A stretch of 64,000 nucleotides of DNA from a virus (taxonomy: Duplodnaviria > Caudoviricetes), in the IMG/VR virus record IMGVR_UViG_3300020050_009513, positions 12,597 through 76,596 of that record; one strand, written 5' to 3'. The stretch's first letter is position 1. Every line of letters starts with the position of its first letter. The notes beneath the pieces were generated by a model. It saw only the letters and a list, made by a program, of their open reading frames with translations, made no database searches and was not told where the DNA came from. Positions 17,581 to 26,728 of this stretch are shown here, one piece after another. The position numbers and the translations under genes are program-made.

Positions 17581-18926
17581 TGGCTAATATTCTAATAGAG
17601 AATAATTTTTATCAGGGGACCAGTCAGGCTTGCGTCATTGATTTGACGCCGCCTACCTTTGCAGGAATTACTTTCCTTGACGTTGAGTCTAGGGGTCAAA
17701 TTCGTGCAGGGTGGTCTGCTGCCTCAGATGCTACGGCTCCTATCCGGTATGAAGTATACATCAAAGCTTCTACGGCCACGGGTCTATTTAGTACCTCTAA
17801 TATCATTGCAGTTACTCCAAATCTTCAGTATGATATTTTTACACTACCGGACGGTTCGTTTTTGCAAAATGGCACCACATATTACGTAGGTACTCGTGCT
17901 ATTGACGGTGTTAACAATAGAGATAGTAACGTAGTCTCTATGAGTGTAATCTCTACTGGAGTCCTTACTGCAGTTGATACATATAAATGCAATGCTTCTT
18001 GGTCAATAAACAATACAAATCAATTTATTCTTACTATGTGGGCAGATAAAAATGACAGTATTGCTGATGGATCAAATGGAGTTTTAGGTACGGCTTCTTA
18101 TCAGGTGTATGATAAAACTGGCGCGGCTGTCGTAGGCATGAGTGCCTCGGGTATTTCTCCTAATGGGCAGGGCCTTTTTACAGCGCCTTCTGTATCTAAC
18201 TTACTCGTAGAAGATGCGGAACATTATGAAATTAAAGTTACTGTTGTCGTAGACGGGGAAGCTCGCTCAAACATGATTCCTTTAATGGATCAAAAAGCCG
18301 AGTATAAAATTGGCGGGCTATTTTTTGTCAACGTAGAGAATAACTTTGATGGTACTTTTTGGGTTTCTAAAAACGAAATTGTAAAAACTACTGGACTAGG
18401 GGCAGGGGCTTATCAAGTTTACGATCACGACGGCGATCTTATCTCCGGAATGAACGGTTCTGGTATTACTGCTGATATTAACGGGGTATACAAAATACCG
18501 CACGTTGCTTCTCTTTTGGAAGAAGACTATCCCGGATTTTCTGTCAAAGTCACATTGGTTGTGGATGGAATTACCAGGTCGCAGATGTTCTCTCGTGCAA
18601 ATGATCCTATCCACTATAGCACAAAAGCTCAATTTTCAATTAATGCATCTAATCAACTGCAAGCTACGTTTTGGCTAGAATACGATTCTAATGTTGAGAC
18701 AAGTTCATTGGGCGCAGCTAATTATACAGTGTACGATGTAAATGGTAATACTGTTGTGGGGCTTTCACAATCAGGCATCACTGCTGATGTTAACGGAAGA
18801 TTCCAAATTACGCCGGTAAGCGCCGCTCTGCTGACAGATCTCACACACTATTCTGTTAAGGTCGGGATTGTTGCGCACGGGGTCGAGAGAGTTGCATACA
18901 AAGGATTTACTTTACTAGGAACATAG
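17580..18926 (+). CDS. virion protein with FN3-like domain and three tandem Ig-like repeats
   Basis: three repeats of W...LG.A.Y.VYD..G....G....GI.....G. Confidence 0.7.
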   Translation: MANILIENNFYQGTSQACVIDLTPPTFAGITFLDVESRGQIRAGWSAASDATAPIRYEVYIKASTATGLFSTSNIIAVTPNLQYDIFTLPDGSFLQNGTTYYVGTRAIDGVNNRDSNVVSMSVISTGVLTAVDTYKCNASWSINNTNQFILTMWADKNDSIADGSNGVLGTASYQVYDKTGAAVVGMSASGISPNGQGLFTAPSVSNLLVEDAEHYEIKVTVVVDGEARSNMIPLMDQKAEYKIGGLFFVNVENNFDGTFWVSKNEIVKTTGLGAGAYQVYDHDGDLISGMNGSGITADINGVYKIPHVASLLEEDYPGFSVKVTLVVDGITRSQMFSRANDPIHYSTKAQFSINASNQLQATFWLEYDSNVETSSLGAANYTVYDVNGNTVVGLSQSGITADVNGRFQITPVSAALLTDLTHYSVKVGIVAHGVERVAYKGFTLLGT

Positions 18927-19481
18927 ATGGCTATCATACGAAAATGGGTTGCTCAAAACGATAGCGGAGAAAACCAGTGGTTAAAAGTAGACCACCCGAG
19001 TCGTTTTATTGTAAATCATACTAGCGAATGGCAGCCTATTTTTGGTGTAGACTCAGCTTTAGTACCCGGAGCTCAAGTCCTAAAGTTGGCCGCGCAACTT
19101 GATACATCTACTCTAGATGAAATTAGACTTGTAGGGTATTTGTATAATCCTGCTAGCGGTGCGGTGGATAGTGCGGCTACCGTAGTGTTCTATATTTATA
19201 AAGTAACAGACATTACAACTCCTAGGTGGGATGATCAATTAATCTCGACTCAAACAGGAGATGTGCAGTCTAATAATTATTATTTTAAGAGCATTAATAT
19301 CAGCTCTTTATCTGGAGTTAATTTAGATGGAGACACTACGCTCATGGTAGAAGGCGTGGCTACTAGGTTAGGAATTACTTACAGAGATCGCATCTACGTA
19401 AATCATCTAGGAGTGTATGATAGTATTGTTCGACTGCGTAATGATGTTGAATTCTTAGACATAACAAAATTGGATGAGTAA
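18927..19481 (+). CDS. virion accessory protein
   Basis: 184-aa ORF, coupled. Confidence 0.55.
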   Translation: MAIIRKWVAQNDSGENQWLKVDHPSRFIVNHTSEWQPIFGVDSALVPGAQVLKLAAQLDTSTLDEIRLVGYLYNPASGAVDSAATVVFYIYKVTDITTPRWDDQLISTQTGDVQSNNYYFKSINISSLSGVNLDGDTTLMVEGVATRLGITYRDRIYVNHLGVYDSIVRLRNDVEFLDITKLDE

Positions 19482-19969
19482 TGATAAAAAAATATGCGGC
19501 TATAAATAATAATACAGTGACTCAAGTAATAGATATTGACAGCGAGTCCGATGATTTTCAATTAACAGCTAAACAACATCAAATGCTAATTGACATTGAT
19601 TTCCTAAATCCTACGCCTACTGTTGGGTATGTATTAAACGGAAATAAACTTGAACTTCCGCAAGGTTACACCGATCGCGAAATGTACGAAGAGCACCTAA
19701 ATGACCTTAAGGCTACTTTCGGCACGGCCTTGGCTCGAAAGTGTACAAATAAAATTGGAGCTAGAAACAAAATCCTAAATAAAACTGGAACTCAAGTCAC
19801 TACGCTATTAAATGTTTTACTTGGAGTGCGGTTTCTTTTAGAAGGCGGCGCTCTTGGCACAGCTCGCGCAAGTTGTATACAGTTAAAAGCAGTATATAGC
19901 GAATATAGTGACGTTTTTGATTACGTTGTAAATGAAATTAATATATTTGAACAAAACAATAGTCTATGA
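19481..19969 (+). CDS. fibre assembly/chaperone-like protein
   Basis: KKYAAINNNTVTQVI N-terminus typical of tail-fibre assembly proteins; tentative. Confidence 0.45.
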   Translation: MIKKYAAINNNTVTQVIDIDSESDDFQLTAKQHQMLIDIDFLNPTPTVGYVLNGNKLELPQGYTDREMYEEHLNDLKATFGTALARKCTNKIGARNKILNKTGTQVTTLLNVLLGVRFLLEGGALGTARASCIQLKAVYSEYSDVFDYVVNEINIFEQNNSL

Positions 19970-20472
19970 GTAAGATATTTATAGGATTTTCATATCCTCA
20001 TAAATTTAAAATTGGAGCTGCAGCCATAGCTTGGTGGCTGTCTACTCCATATTCTCACGTGTATATTAGATTTGAAAGTGAAACTATGCCGTCTTCGGTG
20101 TATCATGCGGCTCATGGCATGGTACATTTTACAAGTTACGCTAGATTTAAAGAGCAGAATAAATGTGTACATGAGTATGAGGTAGCTGTTACTACTACAC
20201 AACGTCGGCAAGCTTTAATACAATGCATGGAACTAGCTGGAATAGAATATAGTACTACCGAGCTAGTGAATATTCTAATGACTGATTTATGTAATTCATT
20301 TGGCCATAAGCTAAGTACTACAAACTCTAAAGGTTACATATGCTCTGAGTTAGTCGGTGAATTTTTAATTCAACTTGGAGCAACTTTCAATAAACCTACC
20401 CATTTATTAACTCCGCTAGATATAAAGCAAGGATTGACTACGTGGCAAGAATCACTCTTATACCGGACATAA
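19966..20472 (+). CDS. permuted papain-like (YiiX/NlpC-P60 type) amidase
   Basis: YSHVYI (His) precedes YICSELV (Cys). Confidence 0.75.
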   Translation: MSKIFIGFSYPHKFKIGAAAIAWWLSTPYSHVYIRFESETMPSSVYHAAHGMVHFTSYARFKEQNKCVHEYEVAVTTTQRRQALIQCMELAGIEYSTTELVNILMTDLCNSFGHKLSTTNSKGYICSELVGEFLIQLGATFNKPTHLLTPLDIKQGLTTWQESLLYRT

Positions 20473-20556
20473 AAGATGCTGGGCACAAAAAGCTCATCGC
20501 TAAAAGCAAACGACATAATTGGCTTATAGCCCTCTGTTCGCTTCAATTTGTTTTAT

Positions 20557-20571
20557 TAACATATTTAATTA
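20557..20571 (+). promoter_or_regulatory. late-promoter motif, copy 4
   Basis: TAACATATTTAATTA. Confidence 0.65.
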
Positions 20572-20582
20572 TGAGGTAACTA

Positions 20583-21182
20583 ATGGATTTTTCAAAACTA
20601 AAGCAGCTAATGCAAAATGCTGGTACTGCAGTTTCTGATTGGAAACAAGGTATGGATAAAAATGCAGATCAAGCAATGGAAGACATGGCTCGTTCTTCTG
20701 TTATGGTAGGTAGATCACAGGATTATCAACCTACAGAACAAGAAATGTTGGATGCCCGTAAAATGGTAGAAGATTCCATGAGTATGGGTACGGGTGCTGT
20801 AGGCTCTGTAAAGATGCTTGGTGCCGGTGAGAATGCTGCCCAAATGCTTATGCGTAAAGCTGCAGAAGAAGCTGGTACGGGCGTTAAGATTGCAGGTAGA
20901 GGCAAGTCTGCTGCGGAAATGATTAAAGAAGGTCAGGCAGCAAAAGCTGCAGCTAATCCTCCTGTCCCTAAAAAGACAGCCGCCGAACTCTACAGAGACG
21001 CTAAAGCAAGCGGTAAGTCGGTAATGAATATTGATGAGATGCGTGCAAACCCTGTTAAAGAACCTATGAATATGGGTAAACTGCAACAAGAAGCTACTGG
21101 TCTTGTTGATGATGTCTCAGAAAAACTTAAATTTCGCCGTCTCCAAGAACTAATGGAGCTTAATAAGCTCAAAGGTAAGTAA
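20583..21182 (+). CDS. putative internal virion protein
   Basis: M/A/K-rich; FSKLKQLM at N-terminus and FRRLQELM at C-terminus. Confidence 0.6.
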   Translation: MDFSKLKQLMQNAGTAVSDWKQGMDKNADQAMEDMARSSVMVGRSQDYQPTEQEMLDARKMVEDSMSMGTGAVGSVKMLGAGENAAQMLMRKAAEEAGTGVKIAGRGKSAAEMIKEGQAAKAAANPPVPKKTAAELYRDAKASGKSVMNIDEMRANPVKEPMNMGKLQQEATGLVDDVSEKLKFRRLQELMELNKLKGK

Positions 21183-21301
21183 TGGCTGATTATCCTGGTT
21201 CTAATAGTGAAGCTACTATGGAAGGTAACGAGAAAGAAACCTACGCAAAAAAGGTTGCTCGTTTCTATAAGCTTCGTAAGCTATTGAAAGAGAAGAAATA
21301 A
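21182..21301 (+). CDS. 39-aa peptide (below track cutoff), putative internal virion protein
   Basis: TAATG coupling on both sides; ends RFYKLRKLLKEKK. Confidence 0.65.
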   Translation: MADYPGSNSEATMEGNEKETYAKKVARFYKLRKLLKEKK

Positions 21302-21900
21302 TGGATGATACATACGCACGTCTACTAAAATCTATTCTCGAAAGTAAAGAAGGGCGCAGTGAGACTGTATACCCTGATGAGAAGGGTAATCCTACTGTTG
21401 GTGTTGGGACTAATCTAAACAGCCCAGAAGGTCTGCGGGATTTAGAACGTGCCGGTATGTCTCCAGAGCGCGTTCTAGCAGGAGAGAGTGTTCCTACTGA
21501 AATCCAGGACGCTGCTATGAACAGTGCCATTAAGCGTAAAGAGGCAATGCTTCAAGATAAACTTCCCAATGCTCAGCTTAAAGAAAATGAGCGCGCTGCT
21601 ATTATGTCGCTTATGTACAATAGCCCAGCCCTGGTTGGGCCTCGTCTTACTGAGATGCTGAACAAAGGCGATAAAGAATCTGCAGCTAAAGAGATTCTTC
21701 TAAACTCTAATAAAAATAAAAGTCCCGGCCTTGCTAGCCGACGTATAGAAGAGAGCGCGATGTTCCGTGGAGATAATAGCTTGCCACCTATTAACATGGA
21801 GGAAGAGGCTAATCTTAAGGGTACTCTTAGTGGCATTGAGAATAAAAACGAAAAAGAACGCGTATTTAAGCGTTTATCTGAGTTATTACGGAGTAAGTAA
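21301..21900 (+). CDS. GH24 (T4-type) lysozyme, probably virion-associated
   Basis: E-x8-D-x5-T triad (EGRSETVYPDEKGNPT), GLASRRIEE; C-terminal FKRLSELL. Confidence 0.85.
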   Translation: MDDTYARLLKSILESKEGRSETVYPDEKGNPTVGVGTNLNSPEGLRDLERAGMSPERVLAGESVPTEIQDAAMNSAIKRKEAMLQDKLPNAQLKENERAAIMSLMYNSPALVGPRLTEMLNKGDKESAAKEILLNSNKNKSPGLASRRIEESAMFRGDNSLPPINMEEEANLKGTLSGIENKNEKERVFKRLSELLRSK

Positions 21901-22748
21901 TGGCTGGGCCTATTTCGTCAAAACGTGTATTTAAACTTACTGAAGACTACTTTAAAGCTATAGCTGATCGTGCGGCTAGTAGATCTCATGCAACAGCGGT
22001 TCCTATTTTTGCAGATGATACTATAAAAAATAAAGCTAAAGAAATGATGAGTGAGGAGACTGTTACTAGAATCAATCCTACCACACAGGAAAAAGAATAC
22101 CTTCTATTTAGAGGACCTTCTGAAAAAGATATTACCAATCATATGAAAGATGGTAAATTTATTAGTCAACAAGCCTCCAGTTGGACAACTAGACCGGATA
22201 CTGCTAGTGGGTATGCTAATAGTCATTCTGCTAACCTAGAGGGTACACCAATTGCAGCATGGGTACCAGAGTCCAAAGTAAAGAATTTCTTACCTGCTAA
22301 TTTTGAAAAAGCTTCTGATGTTCCTGCGCATAGTGAAGTTATTGTTGATAGTGTAAATCTTCCATTTGATACTTTTAGTAACCATAGAATCGATAAAAAA
22401 ATGCCATTTGATCAATCTATTGGTAAGCTATTTGGAAATCCTAAAAAGTTAGCGGCTATTGCTCCTCTGTCAATAGGATCAGAAACATTAGATGCTGCTA
22501 AAGATTTAGCTTCTCAATACGTACAAGGTAAAGATTGGGTATCTGAAAAACTTGCACAGCAATTAAATCTCACTAAGAATTCAGAAGTAGAAAAACAAAT
22601 TAAGAATGTAACTGATATTGCAGTAGATCCCACTATGTTAATTCCAGGTGTCGGTGGTATAATGACGGGTCCTGCTCTAGAAATGTTGGCAGAGTCTAAT
22701 AAAAACAGCTTTTCTAAGATAAAAAACTTATTAAGTAATAAAAAGTAA
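21900..22748 (+). CDS. ADP-ribosyltransferase-fold protein (R-S-E type)
   Basis: LLFRG, ASSWTT...TASGYA and HSEVIV in the expected order; C-terminal FSKIKNLL. Confidence 0.65.
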   Translation: MAGPISSKRVFKLTEDYFKAIADRAASRSHATAVPIFADDTIKNKAKEMMSEETVTRINPTTQEKEYLLFRGPSEKDITNHMKDGKFISQQASSWTTRPDTASGYANSHSANLEGTPIAAWVPESKVKNFLPANFEKASDVPAHSEVIVDSVNLPFDTFSNHRIDKKMPFDQSIGKLFGNPKKLAAIAPLSIGSETLDAAKDLASQYVQGKDWVSEKLAQQLNLTKNSEVEKQIKNVTDIAVDPTMLIPGVGGIMTGPALEMLAESNKNSFSKIKNLLSNKK

Positions 22749-22751
22749 ATC

Positions 22752-22766
22752 TAACATATATTATTA
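22752..22766 (+). promoter_or_regulatory. late-promoter motif, copy 5
   Basis: TAACATATATTATTA. Confidence 0.65.
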
Positions 22767-22843
22767 TAAGGCTTACCCATACCGGATGGCCACTTAAACT
22801 CGCTACCCTGTCTAAGTACAGGATGTGACACAAGGAGAATAGT

Positions 22844-23809
22844 ATGTCTGACTCTGCTGCTGCAGCCGCTAGTGCTGCGCCCGCTTCCACTGGTGCCGAA
22901 TCTACCGGCGCTGAATCCCAAGAACTTGCTGCTGAAGGTACTGAAGGCATTATTGAAGATGACGCTTCAGATGTACTTGCCGAAGAAGCCAAGGCTACCG
23001 AGGAAGCCCTTAAAAACCTCAAACGCAAATATAATGTTAAGGCTAATGGGAAGTCTCGCGAAATCGAGCTTGACCTGTCTAACGATAAACAAATCCAAGA
23101 ATACCTATCTAAGGCCGCTGCAGCTGACGAGAAATTCGAAGAAGCTGCCAACATGCGTAAGGCAGTTGAAGAGCTTGTACGAGAGCTGAAAAGCAATCCT
23201 AAGGCTATTCTGAGCCACCCTTCGATTGGTTTAGATCTTAAGACATTTGCCCAAAGCATCATGGATCAAGAGCTGGAGGATATGTCCAAGACTCCTGAGC
23301 AGAAGCGTATTGAGGAAATGGAACAAAAGCTTAAACAATACGAAGAAGACAAGAAAAAACTGGAAGAAGAGAAAACTACGGCTGAACGGGCTCGTATTCA
23401 AGAAGAACAGTTTCAAAAGCTGGATGAACAAATCACTGATGCTCTGTCGAAATCTGAACTTCCTAAGTCTCCTTATGTACTTAAACGTATTGCTGACACT
23501 ATGATTGAGGCTGTTAATCTGGGGTATACAGACGTATCTGTTGAGCAAATTCTACCCTATGTAGAACAGCAAATCGTAGGTGAAATCAATAGGTTATTCG
23601 AAGAAGCTCCGAGCGCAACTGCAGGCAAACTTATGGAAAAGTTAGTCGGTAAAAAGAACCTAGATTCTTACCGCAAAGCTCGTGTTTCTAAAGCTAAAAC
23701 CACAGCTTCTGCTTCTACAGTTAAAGATTCGGGTGCTTCCTCTAAGACTGCTGAGAAAAAAGAAGACGTTAAACCTGTCCGATTTAAGGACATGTTCGGA
23801 CGTTTCTAG
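22844..23809 (+). CDS. capsid scaffolding protein
   Basis: acidic disordered N-terminus and coiled coil, directly before MCP. Confidence 0.8.
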   Translation: MSDSAAAAASAAPASTGAESTGAESQELAAEGTEGIIEDDASDVLAEEAKATEEALKNLKRKYNVKANGKSREIELDLSNDKQIQEYLSKAAAADEKFEEAANMRKAVEELVRELKSNPKAILSHPSIGLDLKTFAQSIMDQELEDMSKTPEQKRIEEMEQKLKQYEEDKKKLEEEKTTAERARIQEEQFQKLDEQITDALSKSELPKSPYVLKRIADTMIEAVNLGYTDVSVEQILPYVEQQIVGEINRLFEEAPSATAGKLMEKLVGKKNLDSYRKARVSKAKTTASASTVKDSGASSKTAEKKEDVKPVRFKDMFGRF

Positions 23810-23814
23810 AACGT

Positions 23815-23829
23815 TAACATATAGTTATA
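23815..23829 (+). promoter_or_regulatory. late-promoter motif, copy 6
   Basis: TAACATATAGTTATA. Confidence 0.65.
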
Positions 23830-23975
23830 GGACTAGTAGAGTAGTGTAACGGATCGGTTGGTAAGCTTCGCGCCCTAACGGTACCCGGAAATGAAAGCGG
23901 CCTATCATGACAACAGGTGTATTTTTAATAAACAAAGTCCTCTAGCTAAGGCAGAGGCAACAAGGAGAATTTGAA

Positions 23976-25229
23976 ATGGCTGAATACGGTGGCGCGAATA
24001 ACATGGCAACCCTGAACGGGTTGTTTAAAGAACGCTATGCTGATAAAATGGAGCGTCTGATTCCTGATGGAAAGAAGCTCTTGAATGAAATCCCCTTCAT
24101 CTCGAAGGACAAACAACCCGGTAATGCTTATCACCAGCCCGTAGTTTTGGGTATGGAACATGGTGTTACTTTTGCTGATGACACCGAAGGTGCATTTGAG
24201 TTGGCAGCTCCTATCGCTGGTCAAATCAAAGATGCAGTTGTCAAAGGTTACCAATTGGTTCTGCGTTCGGTTCTGTCATACAGTGCCGCTTCGCGCGCAA
24301 TGGGTCCTGGCGATCGCGCTTTCGAAGATTCGACTAAGTTCTTGGTTGGAAACATGCTGGATTCTATTTCGAAGAAACTCGAAATCGAACTTCTGTATGG
24401 TCAAATGGGTTACGCTGTAGTTACCAATGCTGAAGCTGCTGCTGCTGGCGTTGTTATCGAACTGAACGCTGCTGACTTTGCTCCCGGTATCTGGGCTGGT
24501 GCTGAAGGTATGAAACTGGACGTTGTACGTACTGGTGCCTTGGTTCCCACTCTGTCGGGTGTCAATGCTATCACCGTTTCTTCAGTTGATTTGACTGCTC
24601 GTACCATTACTGCGGATCTCCCGGCTGCTTTGGTTGCTGGCGATGTTCTGTATCACAAAGGTGCTTTCGGTAAAGAATTTGCTGGTATCCACAAAATCCT
24701 GACCAACACTGGTACTCTGTTCGGTATCTCGGCTGCTACCTACACTCTGTGGAAAGGTTCGGCTTTTGCTCCCGCAGTTACTTCGGTATTGTCGTTTGCT
24801 ATCATGCAGCAAGCTATCAGCCAAGGTGTTGCTAAGGGTCTGGACACTGACGTAATGGTCATGGTTAACCCCGGTCACTGGGACGATTTGCTCACTGAGC
24901 AAGCTGCTCTGCGCATGTACGATTCTTCGTACAAGTCGGACACTGCTGAAAGCGGATCGAAGTCGATCAAATTCCATAGCCAAAACGGTATGGTTGAGAT
25001 CACTCCCTCGATTTACGTTAAAGAAGGCTACGCTTACGTACTCTGCGTTGAAGACTGGGTTCGTGTCGGTTCGACCGATATCACCTTCAAACGTCCGGGT
25101 CAAGGCGATAACTTCTTCCGTGAACTGGAAGACCACGCTGGTTTCGAACTGCGTTGTTACACTGACCAGGCGATCTTCTGTAGTAAGCCCGGGCGCTCGA
25201 TAATCATTTCTAACTTGAAAGTATCGTAA
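23976..25229 (+). CDS. major capsid protein (HK97 fold)
   Basis: 417 aa after scaffold; strong codon bias; AAGGAG SD; terminator follows. Confidence 0.9.
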   Translation: MAEYGGANNMATLNGLFKERYADKMERLIPDGKKLLNEIPFISKDKQPGNAYHQPVVLGMEHGVTFADDTEGAFELAAPIAGQIKDAVVKGYQLVLRSVLSYSAASRAMGPGDRAFEDSTKFLVGNMLDSISKKLEIELLYGQMGYAVVTNAEAAAAGVVIELNAADFAPGIWAGAEGMKLDVVRTGALVPTLSGVNAITVSSVDLTARTITADLPAALVAGDVLYHKGAFGKEFAGIHKILTNTGTLFGISAATYTLWKGSAFAPAVTSVLSFAIMQQAISQGVAKGLDTDVMVMVNPGHWDDLLTEQAALRMYDSSYKSDTAESGSKSIKFHSQNGMVEITPSIYVKEGYAYVLCVEDWVRVGSTDITFKRPGQGDNFFRELEDHAGFELRCYTDQAIFCSKPGRSIIISNLKVS

Positions 25230-25260
25230 TTCTACGGTATAATTACAAGTAAAGTTGTGG

Positions 25261-25289
25261 GCCGGGGGTGCAATGCTCCCGGCTTTTTT
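25261..25289 (+). terminator. intrinsic terminator after MCP
   Basis: GCCGGG.../...CCCGGC stem followed by TTTTTT. Confidence 0.85.
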
Positions 25290-25968
25290 ATTTTACAAAT
25301 CTATTTTTCTTCCAGTTGTCCTTGGCCCACAGAGGTTGAAGATTAGTATAGTGTGTAGCTTTTAGAAACTGCTGTCTATTTGTTAAATCAAAGCTAGATA
25401 ATGGAATAATATGATCAATATGCCAACCAGTTAAGTTATGATTTTCCCAAGTCATTCCGGGCTGCCATTTTGATTCTATATACAATTTAAATTGCTCTAT
25501 AGAACAGCCTAGATCGGCAACAGCAGATCCTTTTTTTGTATTATTTTTTATACAGTTAGCAATGCGTGCTCTAAGTAAAGCTTTAAGTCTATATTGTAAA
25601 TCAGTTTTCTTTTTGTCTACGTGGTATCGACTACGTCGAGCTTTTACTTCAGGACGCGAATGATACTCTTTCTTTTGTGCGGCAATATGCTCAGCATTAT
25701 CATCCCTATACTTAGCCTTACGCTGAGCTATCTTTTCTGCATTCTTTTTATCATACTCTTTACTACGAGTACGTACCGCATCTCTGTTTGCCTGCTTGTA
25801 GGCATTTGTTTTAGCTTTAATCTCTTCTTTGTTCTCTTGATATTTAGCTGCAGATTTGGTTTTACGACAAGGCTTGCATAGGCTATCAACACCAAAAGCC
25901 CCCATAGCTTTCTTATGAAAAGCTTCGAGAGGCAGAGATTGTTTACAGCACCTGCATACCTTGGTCAT
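25288..25968 (-). CDS. HNH homing endonuclease with N-terminal CxxC zinc finger
   Basis: CRCC...CKPC; WHIDHIIP...NLQPLWAKDN. Confidence 0.85.
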   Translation of the reverse strand: MTKVCRCCKQSLPLEAFHKKAMGAFGVDSLCKPCRKTKSAAKYQENKEEIKAKTNAYKQANRDAVRTRSKEYDKKNAEKIAQRKAKYRDDNAEHIAAQKKEYHSRPEVKARRSRYHVDKKKTDLQYRLKALLRARIANCIKNNTKKGSAVADLGCSIEQFKLYIESKWQPGMTWENHNLTGWHIDHIIPLSSFDLTNRQQFLKATHYTNLQPLWAKDNWKKNRFVK

Positions 25969-26204
25969 TATTTTAAATATTTCCTAAGTCTATCTAGACA
26001 AGCTTTTCCGTCTGTATTGGCAGTAATGTGCCCTCCAAGTTGGGCATATAAAACTGTCTCTACGTCCTGCAATAATTTATTATAATCCTTTAAAGAAACT
26101 ACAGCTTCAAATTGTCTTTCCGGAAAGTTCTTTGTATACTCAGGTTCACAGATAATATCACAATCAGTGTGTAGCCCTTCTTGGGAAATGTATAGTATTT
26201 TCAT
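25968..26204 (-). CDS. hypothetical protein
   Basis: 78 aa, coupled. Confidence 0.6.
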   Translation of the reverse strand: MKILYISQEGLHTDCDIICEPEYTKNFPERQFEAVVSLKDYNKLLQDVETVLYAQLGGHITANTDGKACLDRLRKYLK

Positions 26205-26728
26205 ATTTTATTTACTTCACTAGCTTCAAATAGAGGGGTAATTTCAAACTCTTTCTCCGTAATATAAAAAGAAATGGGACCAGCAGGCCCGGAGATTTGA
26301 ATACTTTGATATCCATTACTAGTCCAAATAGGAGCGTATCCTCCGTATTTATATCGATTATTTAGTTCATCTCGCAATGAATAATAAATGCTTACAGACA
26401 CGGCAAATTTAGTAACATGCCGATTGTATGTTACATGGTGAGTACATTGATTAAAAATATAATTAATTACGCCATCATATAAAGTAATTCTTTTACTGGT
26501 AATTGTATTATTTATAAGTGGAGGCACTTCCTCCATGTATTGATAGGCAACTGGAGGAGGACTTGAGTATACAGGTATAGTCTCATATCTACCGTTGGGA
26601 TATACACCCGGCAAACTATTAGGTGCGGGAGGAGGAGTGGCAGCAGGCCACGCATTGAGCATTAGTGCAATTTCATCCGCATCCATAGGAGTACCATCAG
26701 GCAATAGAAAATCTGTAGGTTTAAACAT
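26201..26728 (-). CDS. hypothetical protein with Pro-rich N-region
   Basis: 175-aa ORF. Confidence 0.6.
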   Translation of the reverse strand: MFKPTDFLLPDGTPMDADEIALMLNAWPAATPPPAPNSLPGVYPNGRYETIPVYSSPPPVAYQYMEEVPPLINNTITSKRITLYDGVINYIFNQCTHHVTYNRHVTKFAVSVSIYYSLRDELNNRYKYGGYAPIWTSNGYQSIQISGPAGPISFYITEKEFEITPLFEASEVNKI

